NCBI GenBank assembly: GCA_964603585.1 | Contig: CAZRVK010000001.1 | Coordinates: 207,856 to 271,855 of the forward strand | DNA length: 64,000 bases | Direction of reading: 5' to 3' | Source of the DNA: an uncultured Planctomycetales bacterium | GTDB lineage: Bacteria > Omnitrophota > Gorgyraeia > Gygaellales > Profunditerraquicolaceae | Part shown: positions 46,717 through 57,540 of the stretch, piece by piece | Layout of the letters: each line of letters opens with the position of its first letter | How positions within the stretch are numbered: the first letter of the stretch is position 1 | Translations under genes and position numbers: made by a program | Notes under the pieces: model-generated | The model's database searches: none | Seen by the model: only the letters and a program-made list of their open reading frames with translations | Told to the model about the DNA's origin: nothing

Positions 46717-47487
46717 TTAATTTTTCCTGGCCTTTGTCCTATCAGGATCAGCGAACTTAATCACCGGTTCTTTGAAACGCAGATCGATATATTTGATATT
46801 AAGGCTGTCGGCTTTAGCCTGCCATAATACACTGCCCAGGATATTTATCTTGTCCTTAATACTGTCCTGGCCGAGCCGTACCTCCAAAAGCAGGGATGGA
46901 TCCTGTAACGAAAGATAAAGGATCAAGTTCCTGTTATGTGCCAGGTCGATCCTGTTTATCCTGTACTCTTGTAAACTTTTGTTTAAGGAAAATTCCTTAA
47001 TAATGTTTAACGCCTCTTCAAGCGGCTTTAAGGGGTATTTCTTTCCGGCTTTCGGGCCAAAGATTATTGAATCAAAACCGGTCAGTCTCGGCACTTCACG
47101 GACATCCTCTACGGAGCCGATGTTGAACAAAACGGCATCCTTATCGACATAAAATTCACGATACAACTTCACACGGGCCACCGGAACGCGCCGGCTGAAA
47201 TAAATAAATAATTTATCCGGCAGGATCCTGATCAATCTGATCTGGCGGTAATCAGGGTATTTTGCCAAAAGATACCCAGAAACCTTGGACAGGTTAACCG
47301 AGAATATGTTACATCCCCTCAAAGAGGAAAGCTCCTGGAGATGCTCGTTAACGACAATATTCTTTACGGTAAAATAACCGGAATGCTTAAGGCTTTTCCC
47401 TAAAGACATGCAAACCAAAACAACCACACAGACCAACATTATAATAACTACCGGCTTAATCTGCGATATCAGTTTTTGCTTTTTCAT
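46717..47487 (-). CDS. ftsQ: cell division protein FtsQ (POTRA domain)
   Basis: 256 aa. Single N-terminal TM helix. Sits between ddl and ftsA. Confidence 0.7.
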   Translation of the reverse strand: MKKQKLISQIKPVVIIMLVCVVVLVCMSLGKSLKHSGYFTVKNIVVNEHLQELSSLRGCNIFSVNLSKVSGYLLAKYPDYRQIRLIRILPDKLFIYFSRRVPVARVKLYREFYVDKDAVLFNIGSVEDVREVPRLTGFDSIIFGPKAGKKYPLKPLEEALNIIKEFSLNKSLQEYRINRIDLAHNRNLILYLSLQDPSLLLEVRLGQDSIKDKINILGSVLWQAKADSLNIKYIDLRFKEPVIKFADPDRTKARKN

Positions 47488-48424
47488 ATGCCAGTTCGAT
47501 TAGTTTTATACAAAGTTCATGGAATTCAATACCGGCTACCTTCGCTGCCTTGGGCAAAAGGCTGGTTGGCGTAAAACCCGGTATAGAGTTCAATTCAAGA
47601 ACATAGGCGGTATTGTTATGGCCTAAAATAAAATCGACACGAGAACACCCAAAACAGCCTAAGAGTTTATGCACTAAAACCGCCGTTGACTTAACACTAT
47701 TTGAGACCCCTTTTTCCAGGTCAGCCGGAACTATATACTGCGTCTTGCCTGCATGGTATTTCGCGTCATAATCGAAAAACCTGTTCTTTGTAACTATTTC
47801 CACAACCGGCAGAGCCAAGTTATCCAAAATGCCTACAGTAAGCTCACGCCCGGGAATATATTGCTCGATAATAATACGGGAATCGAACTTAAAAGCTGAC
47901 TCGATCGCGCCTTTCAACTGCGTGATCCTATCTACTATCGACAATCCTATACTTGACCCATGCGCCGCCGGTTTGACCACCAAGGGCAACTTGGCTGATG
48001 ACACGAATTTCTTGTTAAAAATAAAGGTGCCCCTTTCAAGCACCTTATATTCCGGTACCGGCAAACCATAAACTTCCAGGATCCTGCGTGAAGCCACCTT
48101 ATCCATTGCCAGCTTGCTGGATAAAGCTCCCGAACCGGTATAAGGGATCCCCAGGGAATCCAATATCTGTTGAACCATGCCATCTTCACCAAAATGGCCG
48201 TGCAACGCCAAAAAGGCACAATCGATCTTATGGAAACGGATCAATTTCATGTTTTCTGCTTCATCCTCGGTAGTAATGTCTATCGGCACAACATCCAGAT
48301 GAAGAAGCTTCAAACTGTCATATACGGCCTTACCGGACTTTAAAGAAACATCCCTTTCCGTGGAAGGCCCTCCCATCAAAACCCCGATCCTGCCAAACCT
48401 GGTTTTATCCTGCGTTACTGCCAT
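47456..48424 (-). CDS. ddl: D-alanine--D-alanine ligase
   Basis: 322 aa. ATP-grasp fold. N-terminus GRIGVLMGGPSTEREVSLKSG. Confidence 0.9.
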   Translation of the reverse strand: MAVTQDKTRFGRIGVLMGGPSTERDVSLKSGKAVYDSLKLLHLDVVPIDITTEDEAENMKLIRFHKIDCAFLALHGHFGEDGMVQQILDSLGIPYTGSGALSSKLAMDKVASRRILEVYGLPVPEYKVLERGTFIFNKKFVSSAKLPLVVKPAAHGSSIGLSIVDRITQLKGAIESAFKFDSRIIIEQYIPGRELTVGILDNLALPVVEIVTKNRFFDYDAKYHAGKTQYIVPADLEKGVSNSVKSTAVLVHKLLGCFGCSRVDFILGHNNTAYVLELNSIPGFTPTSLLPKAAKVAGIEFHELCIKLIELAYEKAKTDIAD

Positions 48425-48466
48425 TCTTACAACCCTCTTTTAATTTTCTTCTATTCCGGGTAAAAA

Positions 48467-49351
48467 TTACTGCCAAAACTTAATTTCTGTTTTCAGATCA
48501 ACCTTGAATTTTTTCCGGACCATTCTTTGAACTAATTTTATCAATTCAAGCACATCCCGGGAAGTTGCGTTTCCAAGATTCACGATAAAATTGGCATGTT
48601 TCGAAGATACGGCGGCATCATGCACCTTAAACCCCTTAAGCCCGCAAAGATCGATCAACCTACCGGCGGAATCACTCTGGGGATTCTTAAAAATACAGCC
48701 TGCCGAAGGCATACTCCAATCCTGGCCAATACGCCTGCGGGTCAAATAGCCTTTTATCTTCTCCCGGCTGGCTTTTACATCAACCTTAAACAATTTCAAC
48801 CGTGCGCTTAAGATTATATACCGGGAAAGATTTGACACCCGATACCCGAACTTAAGATCCTTACGGCCTAAACACTTGATATTTCCCGAGCGGTCAATTA
48901 CCTTAATATCCTCTACTAAACTCCCAATACCTGTGCCGCTTTGTCCGGCGTTCATTAAAAGCGCCCCGCCGACTGTACCGGGAATGCCAGTAAGGAATTC
49001 CGTCCCTCCTAAACCAAGGCTTAACGCAAAATTAATGAGCCGTACAAGCAGGCATCCTGCGCCCGCTTCAACAAAACCATCCCTAAATTTTATACTGCGA
49101 AAATAAAAAGAATCCAGCCGTATTACCGCATGGCGTAATCCGGCATCACTTACCAAAAGATTGCTTCCCGCCCCAAGGATTAAGAAAGGTATTTTATCCC
49201 TTTTTAAGGCATTAAGCAATATTTTTAGTTGCGCGGTATCCTTCGGCTGAAAAAAATAACGGCATGGCCCTCCGATCCTGAAAGTGGTATGCCTTTTCAG
49301 CGGCTCATTGAACCTTACTTTTATTTTTAAGTTCTTCCACAAGCTCATCAC
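48467..49351 (-). CDS. murB: UDP-N-acetylenolpyruvoylglucosamine reductase
   Basis: 294 aa. Has the FAD-binding TTFRIGGP and the GAGSNLL motif. Confidence 0.85.
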   Translation of the reverse strand: MMSLWKNLKIKVRFNEPLKRHTTFRIGGPCRYFFQPKDTAQLKILLNALKRDKIPFLILGAGSNLLVSDAGLRHAVIRLDSFYFRSIKFRDGFVEAGAGCLLVRLINFALSLGLGGTEFLTGIPGTVGGALLMNAGQSGTGIGSLVEDIKVIDRSGNIKCLGRKDLKFGYRVSNLSRYIILSARLKLFKVDVKASREKIKGYLTRRRIGQDWSMPSAGCIFKNPQSDSAGRLIDLCGLKGFKVHDAAVSSKHANFIVNLGNATSRDVLELIKLVQRMVRKKFKVDLKTEIKFWQ

Positions 49352-50681
49352 AAATCCTTATAATATCCCCTGCCCCAAGGGTTATGATCAAATCGCCAGG
49401 ACGCATAATACCGTTTAGATGACTAATGATCTCATCCTTGGGCACAAAAAACACATCTTTATCCTTGTCCAATTCCTTGATCCTGCGCACTAACAGCTGG
49501 GAATTGATACCCTCTATAGGAAGCTCACTGGCTGGATAAATATCGCTGATCAAAAGATAATCCGCCTGACTGAAACACTTGGCGAAATCCTCAAGTAAGA
49601 TCTGGGTACGACTATAGCGATGCGGCTGGAATACTGCCACAACCCTCTGCCTTTTTAAATGGCTTACGGCAGAAAGCGTTGCCCTTATTTCCGTAGGATG
49701 ATGCGCGTAATCATCAATTACCAAATAATCCGCATCACGGAATTTAACTTCGATCCTGCGTCCAGCCCCCTTGTAACTCGATAAGGTCTTATTAATAGCT
49801 TCAAAACCTAACCCCAATTCCAGGCCGATAGCTACAACAGAAAGAGCATTAGAAACATTATGCATCCCACCCAAAGCAAGACAAAACCTGCCGATATGAT
49901 CCTTCCTGTAAAAACAATCGAACTGTGTAGTCAATCCCGAAATCCGGCAATCCTTGGCATAGATATCGGCATTATCATGCAAACCAAACAAAACATGCCT
50001 GCCTTTATAGCCTTTCAGGATACTAATCAGGTTCTCATCATCGGCACAGCAAAAAACACAACCCGAAGGTAAAGTCTTATTCAAAAAATCACGATAAGCA
50101 GCAACAAGGTTATCGAAATCCTTATAATAATCAAGGTGTTCATGATCAATATTAGTGATAATGGAATATTTCGGAGTATAGTATAAGAACGATCCATCAG
50201 ACTCATCTGCTTCTGCGATAAAGAATTCACCCTTGCCCATGCAGGCATTGTTCTTAATGTTGCCTAAAATCCCCCCGATTACCGCGGTAGGGTAAAATCC
50301 GGCATCCATAAGCAGACAGGAAACCAAAGAAGTAGTAGTGGTCTTACCATGGCTGCCACTGACCGTGATCACAGACTTATCCTGCATTAACCAGGCCAAA
50401 GCTTCCGCGCGCTTTAACAAGACAAGCCCAAGCCTTTTTGCCTCTAAAAGTTCCGGGTTATCTTGTTTGATCGCGCTCGAATAAACAACTGAAGGAGCCC
50501 CCTGGATATTTGAAGGAGCGTGGCCAATAACGATTTGCGCGCCCTGTTTCACCAGTTCATCTGTAGTAAGGCCGGCTTTTAGATCAGACCCGCTTACTTT
50601 TATCCCCCTGGATAAAAAAAGCTGGGCTATACCGCTCATTCCGATCCCGCCAATACCGATAAAATGTATATGTTTATTCAT
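49305..50681 (-). CDS. murC: UDP-N-acetylmuramate--L-alanine ligase
   Basis: 458 aa. N-terminus IHFIGIGGIGMSGIA. P-loop GSHGKTTTT. Confidence 0.9.
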   Translation of the reverse strand: MNKHIHFIGIGGIGMSGIAQLFLSRGIKVSGSDLKAGLTTDELVKQGAQIVIGHAPSNIQGAPSVVYSSAIKQDNPELLEAKRLGLVLLKRAEALAWLMQDKSVITVSGSHGKTTTTSLVSCLLMDAGFYPTAVIGGILGNIKNNACMGKGEFFIAEADESDGSFLYYTPKYSIITNIDHEHLDYYKDFDNLVAAYRDFLNKTLPSGCVFCCADDENLISILKGYKGRHVLFGLHDNADIYAKDCRISGLTTQFDCFYRKDHIGRFCLALGGMHNVSNALSVVAIGLELGLGFEAINKTLSSYKGAGRRIEVKFRDADYLVIDDYAHHPTEIRATLSAVSHLKRQRVVAVFQPHRYSRTQILLEDFAKCFSQADYLLISDIYPASELPIEGINSQLLVRRIKELDKDKDVFFVPKDEIISHLNGIMRPGDLIITLGAGDIIRICDELVEELKNKSKVQ

Positions 50682-51462
50682 TTATACCCAAACATCTTTG
50701 CCAGGCCCGGTCCAATTCCTGAATATCCGTAAAATTATATATCATGGCCATTGCCCGGGCAATATCCTGCTTATCCCTTAGATACTGGCAAAAAGCAACA
50801 AATTTCTCTTTCCCAAAATCCTTGATCAAATATCCCACAATGCTTACCGCTTGCGCATATAATAAATTTATTTCGGAGTTATTGGATGTACGCCATTTAC
50901 TTTGATCATTCATTTCTGCCAAAGGAATGATCCTGCCTTGCATAACCGCATCCCTTAAAATATTCTCTGTGCCACCGCCACTTGAAACCTGCTGATAACC
51001 GGCCACCCCCTCCTCAAGCCAAACCGGGATTGCCGGATTATTAAAACCAACCAGCTCCCGGAAAATTATATGCCCCATTTCATGCGGCAGGACCGCATCA
51101 AAAAAGCCTTCCGCCTGCACATAAGTCATGATCATCTTCTCACTAACACGGGCGCATCCTGCCGACCAGGAGATCTGTCCGGTAGCCTCCTGATAGGAAA
51201 CAGCATTATCATAAATATAAATCCGAGCGCGCTTGTCCCACAGCCAAAAATCAAACCTGCGCAGGCCTAAATTGTCCGCGATACGGTCATAATAATTTTC
51301 CGCATGGTCAATGACCTTGTTTATAAAAGCTTCTTCTGCCCCCTGATAACTAATGACAAAATGCGTGCTTTTTGACTCTTTCCACTTTTGTGTTTCAGCT
51401 AAAAGACTTCCCTGACAAACCAGTGATAACCCGGCAACAGCTAAAATGACCCCTTTAGTCAT
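50674..51462 (-). CDS. secreted zinc metallopeptidase-like protein (HEMGH motif, MA-clan-like) inserted between murG and murC
   Basis: 262 aa. A signal peptide is present. HEMGH is followed about 20 aa later by EEG, a gluzincin-type third ligand candidate. Confidence 0.5.
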   Translation of the reverse strand: MTKGVILAVAGLSLVCQGSLLAETQKWKESKSTHFVISYQGAEEAFINKVIDHAENYYDRIADNLGLRRFDFWLWDKRARIYIYDNAVSYQEATGQISWSAGCARVSEKMIMTYVQAEGFFDAVLPHEMGHIIFRELVGFNNPAIPVWLEEGVAGYQQVSSGGGTENILRDAVMQGRIIPLAEMNDQSKWRTSNNSEINLLYAQAVSIVGYLIKDFGKEKFVAFCQYLRDKQDIARAMAMIYNFTDIQELDRAWQRCLGINE

Positions 51463-52553
51463 GATAGATCCTTCACTAACGATACAACCGCATCCGCCAG
51501 AAGCCCGGGGGAATCGAGTAAAAATCCTCCGGAATAAGAATCCCGCATTTTCCTTAGATTTTCCGGATGATCCACTAAAGGTTCTATAACCTTCTCTAAG
51601 ATCAACGGATTTAGATCCTTGTCATTAATTACCGTAGCACATCCTTTTCTTTGTAAAACTCTGGCATTAGCCGATTGATGCTGATAAGCATATGGATACG
51701 GCACCAATACTGCAGGAATCTTAAAATTAATCACTTCAGTGATCGTAGCCGCCCCGGCGCGGCTAACAATTAGATCACAAGCGCTATAAGCATACTGCAT
51801 AGGATCCAAAAAAGCAAATAACTTAACCGCCACCCCGGAATTCTTATAAACGGAATTTAAGAACTCATAATCCTTCTTTCCGCTCAAATGGATCACCTGA
51901 ATATTTGATTTTCCCCGGAACCTGGATAAAAAACCTGCAAACTCCATATTGATACTATGACTCCCTTGGCTTCCTCCGGCCACCAGAATAGTGAATTTAT
52001 CCTGTGCCAGCCCAAAATAATCCAGAGCCTGGGGTTTACCCACAAAAGATAATTCCCGGCGTATAGGATTACCGGTAAGAATGATCTTGCGGCGATCAAC
52101 ATGAAAATACGCACTGCTTTCCTGAAAACTGACCGCCACCTTGTCGGTAATCTTTGAAAGCAGCTTGTTAGCCCGCCCTGGGATGACATTTTGCTCATGG
52201 ATCAAGGTCTTGATCCGTAAAAGCCAGGCAAAGAAAATGACCGGGAGAGAAGAAAAGCTACCGAAACCAACTACGGCGTCGGGCTTGAATTTCAGTAAAA
52301 GCAAAAAGGCTTGGCACGACCCGGTAATGGAGTCTAACATGGCTTTTAAATTCTTCGAATCGAGTTTCAAGGAAAAAGAAAGGATCGTCAGGTATTTTAC
52401 CGGACAACTTACTGCCACCACCCCCTTTATGGCATTGGCTGGCAGAATAAGTAACACCTCGGTCCCATAACATTTTTGTTTTAAGGATTCGATAAAACTC
52501 AAGGCAGGGAAAATATGCCCTCCGCTGGATCCGGAAACCACCACAATTCTCAC
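51459..52553 (-). CDS. murG: undecaprenyldiphospho-muramoylpentapeptide beta-N-acetylglucosaminyltransferase
   Basis: 364 aa. N-terminus MRIVVVSGSSGGHIFPAL. GT28 family. Confidence 0.9.
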   Translation of the reverse strand: MRIVVVSGSSGGHIFPALSFIESLKQKCYGTEVLLILPANAIKGVVAVSCPVKYLTILSFSLKLDSKNLKAMLDSITGSCQAFLLLLKFKPDAVVGFGSFSSLPVIFFAWLLRIKTLIHEQNVIPGRANKLLSKITDKVAVSFQESSAYFHVDRRKIILTGNPIRRELSFVGKPQALDYFGLAQDKFTILVAGGSQGSHSINMEFAGFLSRFRGKSNIQVIHLSGKKDYEFLNSVYKNSGVAVKLFAFLDPMQYAYSACDLIVSRAGAATITEVINFKIPAVLVPYPYAYQHQSANARVLQRKGCATVINDKDLNPLILEKVIEPLVDHPENLRKMRDSYSGGFLLDSPGLLADAVVSLVKDLS

Positions 52554-53644
52554 GGGTATTCTCCTGTCCTGGCAATGTTAAGGATTATCCCTACGCTTAC
52601 CATATCAAAAATAAAAGATGACCCCCCATAACTTATAAAGGGCAAAGGCAGCCCTTTTGTAGGGAACAATCCACAGGAAACACCTATATTCACCATCGCC
52701 TTAAAACAGATCATAAAAACCAGCCCGCTTGCAAGAAAATATCCGAACTTATCCTGAATGTTCTTGATTATTTTTACGGTCTGTTGAATAAAAGCCACAA
52801 ACAAAATGATCACGCAAACCGTCCCGATAAGCCCCAGCTCCTCACCGATTATGGAAAAAATGAAATCTGTATGTGCTGCCGGCAAATAAAATAACTTCTG
52901 TTTCGAATGTCCCAGGCCTAAACCAAAAATCCCCCCGGAACCAAGTGAAATTTGAGATTGTATGATCTGAAAACCGCTCCCGCGGGGATCCACCCAAGGG
53001 TCCAGAAACGCCATAATCCTGGCTCGGCGATAAGGGACTTGGAACACCAGGATCCATAAGAAAGGCACGCTGGAAAGTATGGTATAGCACAAATACTGCC
53101 ACTTTATACCGGCGATAAAAAGCATCATAAACACTACCACCCCCAAAGACACGGTTGTCCCTAAGTCCGGCTGCAGCATGATCAATAACGCAGTCAAGCC
53201 TAAAACACACATCGGAGGTAAAAACCCCCGCCAAAACGACTTCAATAAATTCTCCTTACGGGCAATGAAATCCGCAATATAAATGATCACCGCCAGATTT
53301 GCCAGTTCGGAAGGCTGAAAACTGATAAATTTAAACCTGAACCATCTTCTGGCACCGCTCACCTCCCTGCCTAAGCCGGGGATCAAGACCAAAACCAGGA
53401 GCACCAAAGAAACGATTAAAAGAGGCTTCGCGAATTTGGAGAATTTGCGGTAATCCATAAGCATTATTCCAAGAGTAAGCAAAGCCCCGATCAAAATAAA
53501 AACCAGATGCCGTTTCAAAAAGAAAAAACTATCCTGGTACCTTTCCCAGGCATAAATACTGGAAGCACTGTAAAGCATGACAATTCCTATACATATCAGC
53601 ATGAAGGTAATAACTAATAAATTTATCCTGATTTTACGGATCAT
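52550..53644 (-). CDS. ftsW: SEDS-family peptidoglycan glycosyltransferase FtsW
   Basis: 364 aa polytopic membrane protein. Lies in the dcw position between murD and murG. Confidence 0.85.
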   Translation of the reverse strand: MIRKIRINLLVITFMLICIGIVMLYSASSIYAWERYQDSFFFLKRHLVFILIGALLTLGIMLMDYRKFSKFAKPLLIVSLVLLVLVLIPGLGREVSGARRWFRFKFISFQPSELANLAVIIYIADFIARKENLLKSFWRGFLPPMCVLGLTALLIMLQPDLGTTVSLGVVVFMMLFIAGIKWQYLCYTILSSVPFLWILVFQVPYRRARIMAFLDPWVDPRGSGFQIIQSQISLGSGGIFGLGLGHSKQKLFYLPAAHTDFIFSIIGEELGLIGTVCVIILFVAFIQQTVKIIKNIQDKFGYFLASGLVFMICFKAMVNIGVSCGLFPTKGLPLPFISYGGSSFIFDMVSVGIILNIARTGEYP

Positions 53645-53720
53645 AGCTTAAATAATTGAACTGCCCAGAAATAATATCTGATTCACATGCAAAACAAACA
53701 CTATCGGAAGATAATTTTGT

Positions 53721-55001
53721 TTAATCAAATTTACCGGTATTTTTACTGATCAGGCGGTTAACCTCATCCTTAAACACTCTCCCCCGGTGTTCATAATCAG
53801 TAAACATATCGTAACTTGAACACATGGGAGAAAGTAATACGCAATCACCGGGTTTTGCCGCATAAAAAGCCTTGGCGACTGCCTCCTCCATGGTTAGAGC
53901 TTCTTCAAAAGGCAGGTTACCGGAAAACACCGCTTTAATATCTTTCCTGGCCTCCCCGATCAATATCGCCAATTTCACTTTCCGGCGTGCCAGATCAAGC
54001 ATTATATTATAATCGACGCCTTTATGCCGGCCTCCGGCGATCAAAATCACCGGGTTAGGAATAGTTTCTAAAGCCAGCATGCATGACTCCACTGTAGTTG
54101 CTTTAGAATCATTGATAAATTTGACCTGATTGACTTGGCCAACATATTCAAGACGGTGTTCGATACCCTTAAAGTCGCGAAAAACTTTACGGCAGATATC
54201 CTGGGATATGCCTAAAATCTCTCCAACCTGCAGGACTGCGGACTGATTGGGATTCATTCCGTTGCCTTTCGAGAATAAAATAACTTTGGCCTTTGCCAAA
54301 GAAACCAGTTCTTTTAAGACCTTGTCATCATCGTTTAAAAGCAGATAATCAGAGCCATCCTGATTGATAAATACCTTTTTTTTTGCCTCCAAATACTCCT
54401 GCATATTCTTATAGCGGTCAAGATGGTTACGGCTGAAATTCAGGATCAAGGAAATCTTAGGCTTAAAAAAAGAAATGTTCTCCAATTGAAAGGAACTAAC
54501 CTCTAAAGCCACAAAATCATCATCTTTCATATTAGCAACTTCGGCAGTAAAGGGATCGCCGATATTACCGCAAACAAATACCCTTTTACCAGAAGCTTCA
54601 AGTATCTTGCCAATCAAGGTTGTCACGGTAGTCTTTCCATTGGAACCAGTAACCGCAATCACCGTGGCCGGGCATAATCTCCAGGCCACTTCTATTTCAC
54701 TGACTACCGGAATCTTATACCTACGCGCCCAAATGACTGCTTGTGAATCCTCTCCTACCCCGGGAGAAATCACCACCATATCCCGGCCATTAATAAACTC
54801 TTGGCTATGCCTGCCTAACTCACATTCAATATCCGTTGATACGAGTTGTGCCCTATTCTTTTGTGTTTTCTCATTATCACAAACATCCGTCACACTGACC
54901 ATGGCCCCCAGTCTGTTTAACAAATTAGCACAAGCGACCCCGCTGCGCGCCAGACCTATTATCGTAACCTTTTTGCCTTTGAAATACTCGATGTTCCTCA
55001 T
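53721..55001 (-). CDS. murD: UDP-N-acetylmuramoylalanine--D-glutamate ligase
   Basis: 426 aa. N-terminus KKVTIIGLARSGVA. P-loop GSNGKTT. Confidence 0.9.
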   Translation of the reverse strand: MRNIEYFKGKKVTIIGLARSGVACANLLNRLGAMVSVTDVCDNEKTQKNRAQLVSTDIECELGRHSQEFINGRDMVVISPGVGEDSQAVIWARRYKIPVVSEIEVAWRLCPATVIAVTGSNGKTTVTTLIGKILEASGKRVFVCGNIGDPFTAEVANMKDDDFVALEVSSFQLENISFFKPKISLILNFSRNHLDRYKNMQEYLEAKKKVFINQDGSDYLLLNDDDKVLKELVSLAKAKVILFSKGNGMNPNQSAVLQVGEILGISQDICRKVFRDFKGIEHRLEYVGQVNQVKFINDSKATTVESCMLALETIPNPVILIAGGRHKGVDYNIMLDLARRKVKLAILIGEARKDIKAVFSGNLPFEEALTMEEAVAKAFYAAKPGDCVLLSPMCSSYDMFTDYEHRGRVFKDEVNRLISKNTGKFD

Positions 55002-55044
55002 CCTTGGCCCCTCGTCTATTGCCTCTCATCGCCTGGTTCCAGAT

Positions 55045-56133
55045 CTATCGGATCTTTAAAGTAACCAGCGTAAATAAAGCCAGTAAACTGGCGATGATCC
55101 AGAACCTTACAATTACCTTGCTTTCTTCCCAGCCTAAAAACTGAAAATGATGATGCAAAGGCGCGATCTTGAAAATACGCTTCTTGAAGAATTTAAAAGA
55201 AAAAACCTGCATGATCACCGATAAAGCCTCGATCACAAATATACCCCCAACAATTACCAGAAGAAGCTCTTTTTTTATCAACACCGCCACTGTCCCCAGG
55301 GCCCCGCCCAAGGCAAGCGAACCGACATCGCCCATAAAGATCGAAGCCGGATAACAATTAAACCATAAAAAACCTAATCCGGCTCCAATGATACTGGCAC
55401 AGAATACCGTAAGTTCCCCGGCACCTTTTATATAGGGAATGATCAGATATTCACTGAATCTGATATTCCCGGATAAATAACTCAACCCGCTGAAAGCAAC
55501 CGCCACCATGATCACAGACCCGATAGCCAAACCATCCAAGCCGTCAGTAAGATTAACAGCATTGCTTGTCCCGGTAATTATCAACACTACAAAGATGATA
55601 TAAAACACACCTAAATCAAAGAAAATATCCTTAAGAAAAGGCACATCCACCCGGCTGTTATACTGGGGGTCCAGGAAAAGAAACACTCCCAGGATCAAAC
55701 CTAAAATTATCTGACTCGTGATCTTAGCTGAAGCCTTAAGACCCTTAGCCCGCTTTTTTACCTGTTTAAGATAATCATCGATAAAACCGGTAAAACCCAG
55801 CCATATCGTGGCAAATAACGCCAACCACACAAATTTATTGGATAAATCCATCCATAATAAGGTAGAAATGATAACCGCGGTCAGGATCAAGAATCCGCCC
55901 ATAGTAGGCGTATTATGTTTATCTTTAAACAACTCGTCAAGACGAGCACTATCGGCCTTGGTTATCTTTTCTCCGATCTTAAGCTCCCTTAGCTTGCGGA
56001 TAAATACCGGTCCCAGGATCAGGCTTAGGACAAAAGCGGTTATCGCCGCCATAGCCGCCCGGAAGGTTATATAATGGACGATATTAAAAGCAAAAAAACG
56101 GTCATGCAAGGAATACAATAAATAGTACAGCAT
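55045..56133 (-). CDS. mraY: phospho-N-acetylmuramoyl-pentapeptide-transferase
   Basis: 362 aa. Has the MraY family blocks NAVNLTDGLDGLA and FMGDVGSL. Confidence 0.9.
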   Translation of the reverse strand: MLYYLLYSLHDRFFAFNIVHYITFRAAMAAITAFVLSLILGPVFIRKLRELKIGEKITKADSARLDELFKDKHNTPTMGGFLILTAVIISTLLWMDLSNKFVWLALFATIWLGFTGFIDDYLKQVKKRAKGLKASAKITSQIILGLILGVFLFLDPQYNSRVDVPFLKDIFFDLGVFYIIFVVLIITGTSNAVNLTDGLDGLAIGSVIMVAVAFSGLSYLSGNIRFSEYLIIPYIKGAGELTVFCASIIGAGLGFLWFNCYPASIFMGDVGSLALGGALGTVAVLIKKELLLVIVGGIFVIEALSVIMQVFSFKFFKKRIFKIAPLHHHFQFLGWEESKVIVRFWIIASLLALFTLVTLKIR

Positions 56134-56136
56134 CTT

Positions 56137-57540
56137 TTACTCAAACACCCTTTCCATTTTCATCCCCCGGGAACCTTTAACCAGAACCACATCATCTTTC
56201 CTTAAAGAAATCTTATTCAATAAACACTCCCTTGCCTGGAGGGAAGAATCGCAAATAAATATCTTTTTAGAAATACCGGATTTAATAAGCCGGCCGGCCG
56301 AATTGGAGAATTCTCCCACCGTAATAAGGATATCGGAAATATTCCAGGCTTTCTTTACTGCCTTGCGGTGTAAAAAAATGCTGCCCTGCCCCAATTCCAG
56401 CATATCCCCCATAACCACGATCTTACGCCCTCCGGAATGAAAATTCTCCATTACATCCAAAGCCGAATTAAGGGAAAGCGGATTGGAATTGTATGTGTCA
56501 TCTATAAATGTCGCACCCAGGAATTTCATCAGTTTGAGGCGTCCGGCCGGAAAATCAAAAATGGAAAGCCGATATTCTATATCATTATAATCCATACCGA
56601 AAATACGCGCCAGACAAATCGAGGCCAAAGCATTATAAATATTATGCCGGCCCAAAGTATTCAAATAGATTTTGTGCCTAGAGTTAACCATGAACTCCAG
56701 CCCTTTAGGAGTAAAAACTATATTGCTAACGGAAAAATCGCTTCGCCTTTCGATCCCAAACCCCATCACTGCAGTCTGCGGAGCCTTGCGGCGGAGAAAA
56801 TTATATAAAAATTGGTCATCGGCATTCAATATGGCGATTGCCGGTTTATCCAAGGCATCGACCAAGCTGTATTTTTCCTTTAATACCCCGGATAAATCAC
56901 CGAAATGCTCAAGATGCGAAGGACCGATATTCGTAATCACTCCGATGTTGGGACGGCTGATCCCCGAAAGATACCTTATTTCTCCCGGATGATTCGTTCC
57001 CAATTCTACCACTGCCAGCTCATGATTTTCATTAAGATTCAGCAGGGTTTGCGGCAGCCCGATATGATTATTCTTGGTCCCCTCATTTTTAAGAACCTGA
57101 TACTGCATTGATAATACCCAGGAGATCATCTCTTTTGCGGTAGTTTTACCGTTGCTGCCGGTAACTGCAACTACCGGTAGAGAAAATTTGCTTCGATAGA
57201 AGCATGCAATATCACCCAAAGCCCTGGTTGTATCCTTAACCTTTACCCAGCAAATCTTATTCTGAAACCCCGATGATTTTGTATAACAAGCGCATCCATG
57301 ACCGGGGAAAATATCCTTTAATTTTGCCGGGATGAACTCGCTAATAATACAGGCGGCACCTTTTTCTATCGCTTGAGCAATAAAATCATGACCATCAAAA
57401 TTTCCTCCCTGGAGGGCTATAAAAATATCTCCTTTATTTAAGGAACGAGAATCGATGGAAAAACCAGCGAACCGCTGATGCGTTTTTCCGGCAAGTAAAG
57501 TCCCTCCAGAAGCAGCCAATATCTCCTTCAGGTCAAACAT
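56137..57540 (-). CDS. murF: UDP-N-acetylmuramoyl-tripeptide--D-alanyl-D-alanine ligase
   Basis: 467 aa. Mur ligase P-loop GSNGKTT. Sits between murE and mraY. Confidence 0.85.
   Translation of the reverse strand: MFDLKEILAASGGTLLAGKTHQRFAGFSIDSRSLNKGDIFIALQGGNFDGHDFIAQAIEKGAACIISEFIPAKLKDIFPGHGCACYTKSSGFQNKICWVKVKDTTRALGDIACFYRSKFSLPVVAVTGSNGKTTAKEMISWVLSMQYQVLKNEGTKNNHIGLPQTLLNLNENHELAVVELGTNHPGEIRYLSGISRPNIGVITNIGPSHLEHFGDLSGVLKEKYSLVDALDKPAIAILNADDQFLYNFLRRKAPQTAVMGFGIERRSDFSVSNIVFTPKGLEFMVNSRHKIYLNTLGRHNIYNALASICLARIFGMDYNDIEYRLSIFDFPAGRLKLMKFLGATFIDDTYNSNPLSLNSALDVMENFHSGGRKIVVMGDMLELGQGSIFLHRKAVKKAWNISDILITVGEFSNSAGRLIKSGISKKIFICDSSLQARECLLNKISLRKDDVVLVKGSRGMKMERVFE

Noticed and set aside
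54607-55059. 150-aa plus-strand ORF
   Set aside because: It is antisense inside murD, and the murD reading frame is unambiguous.
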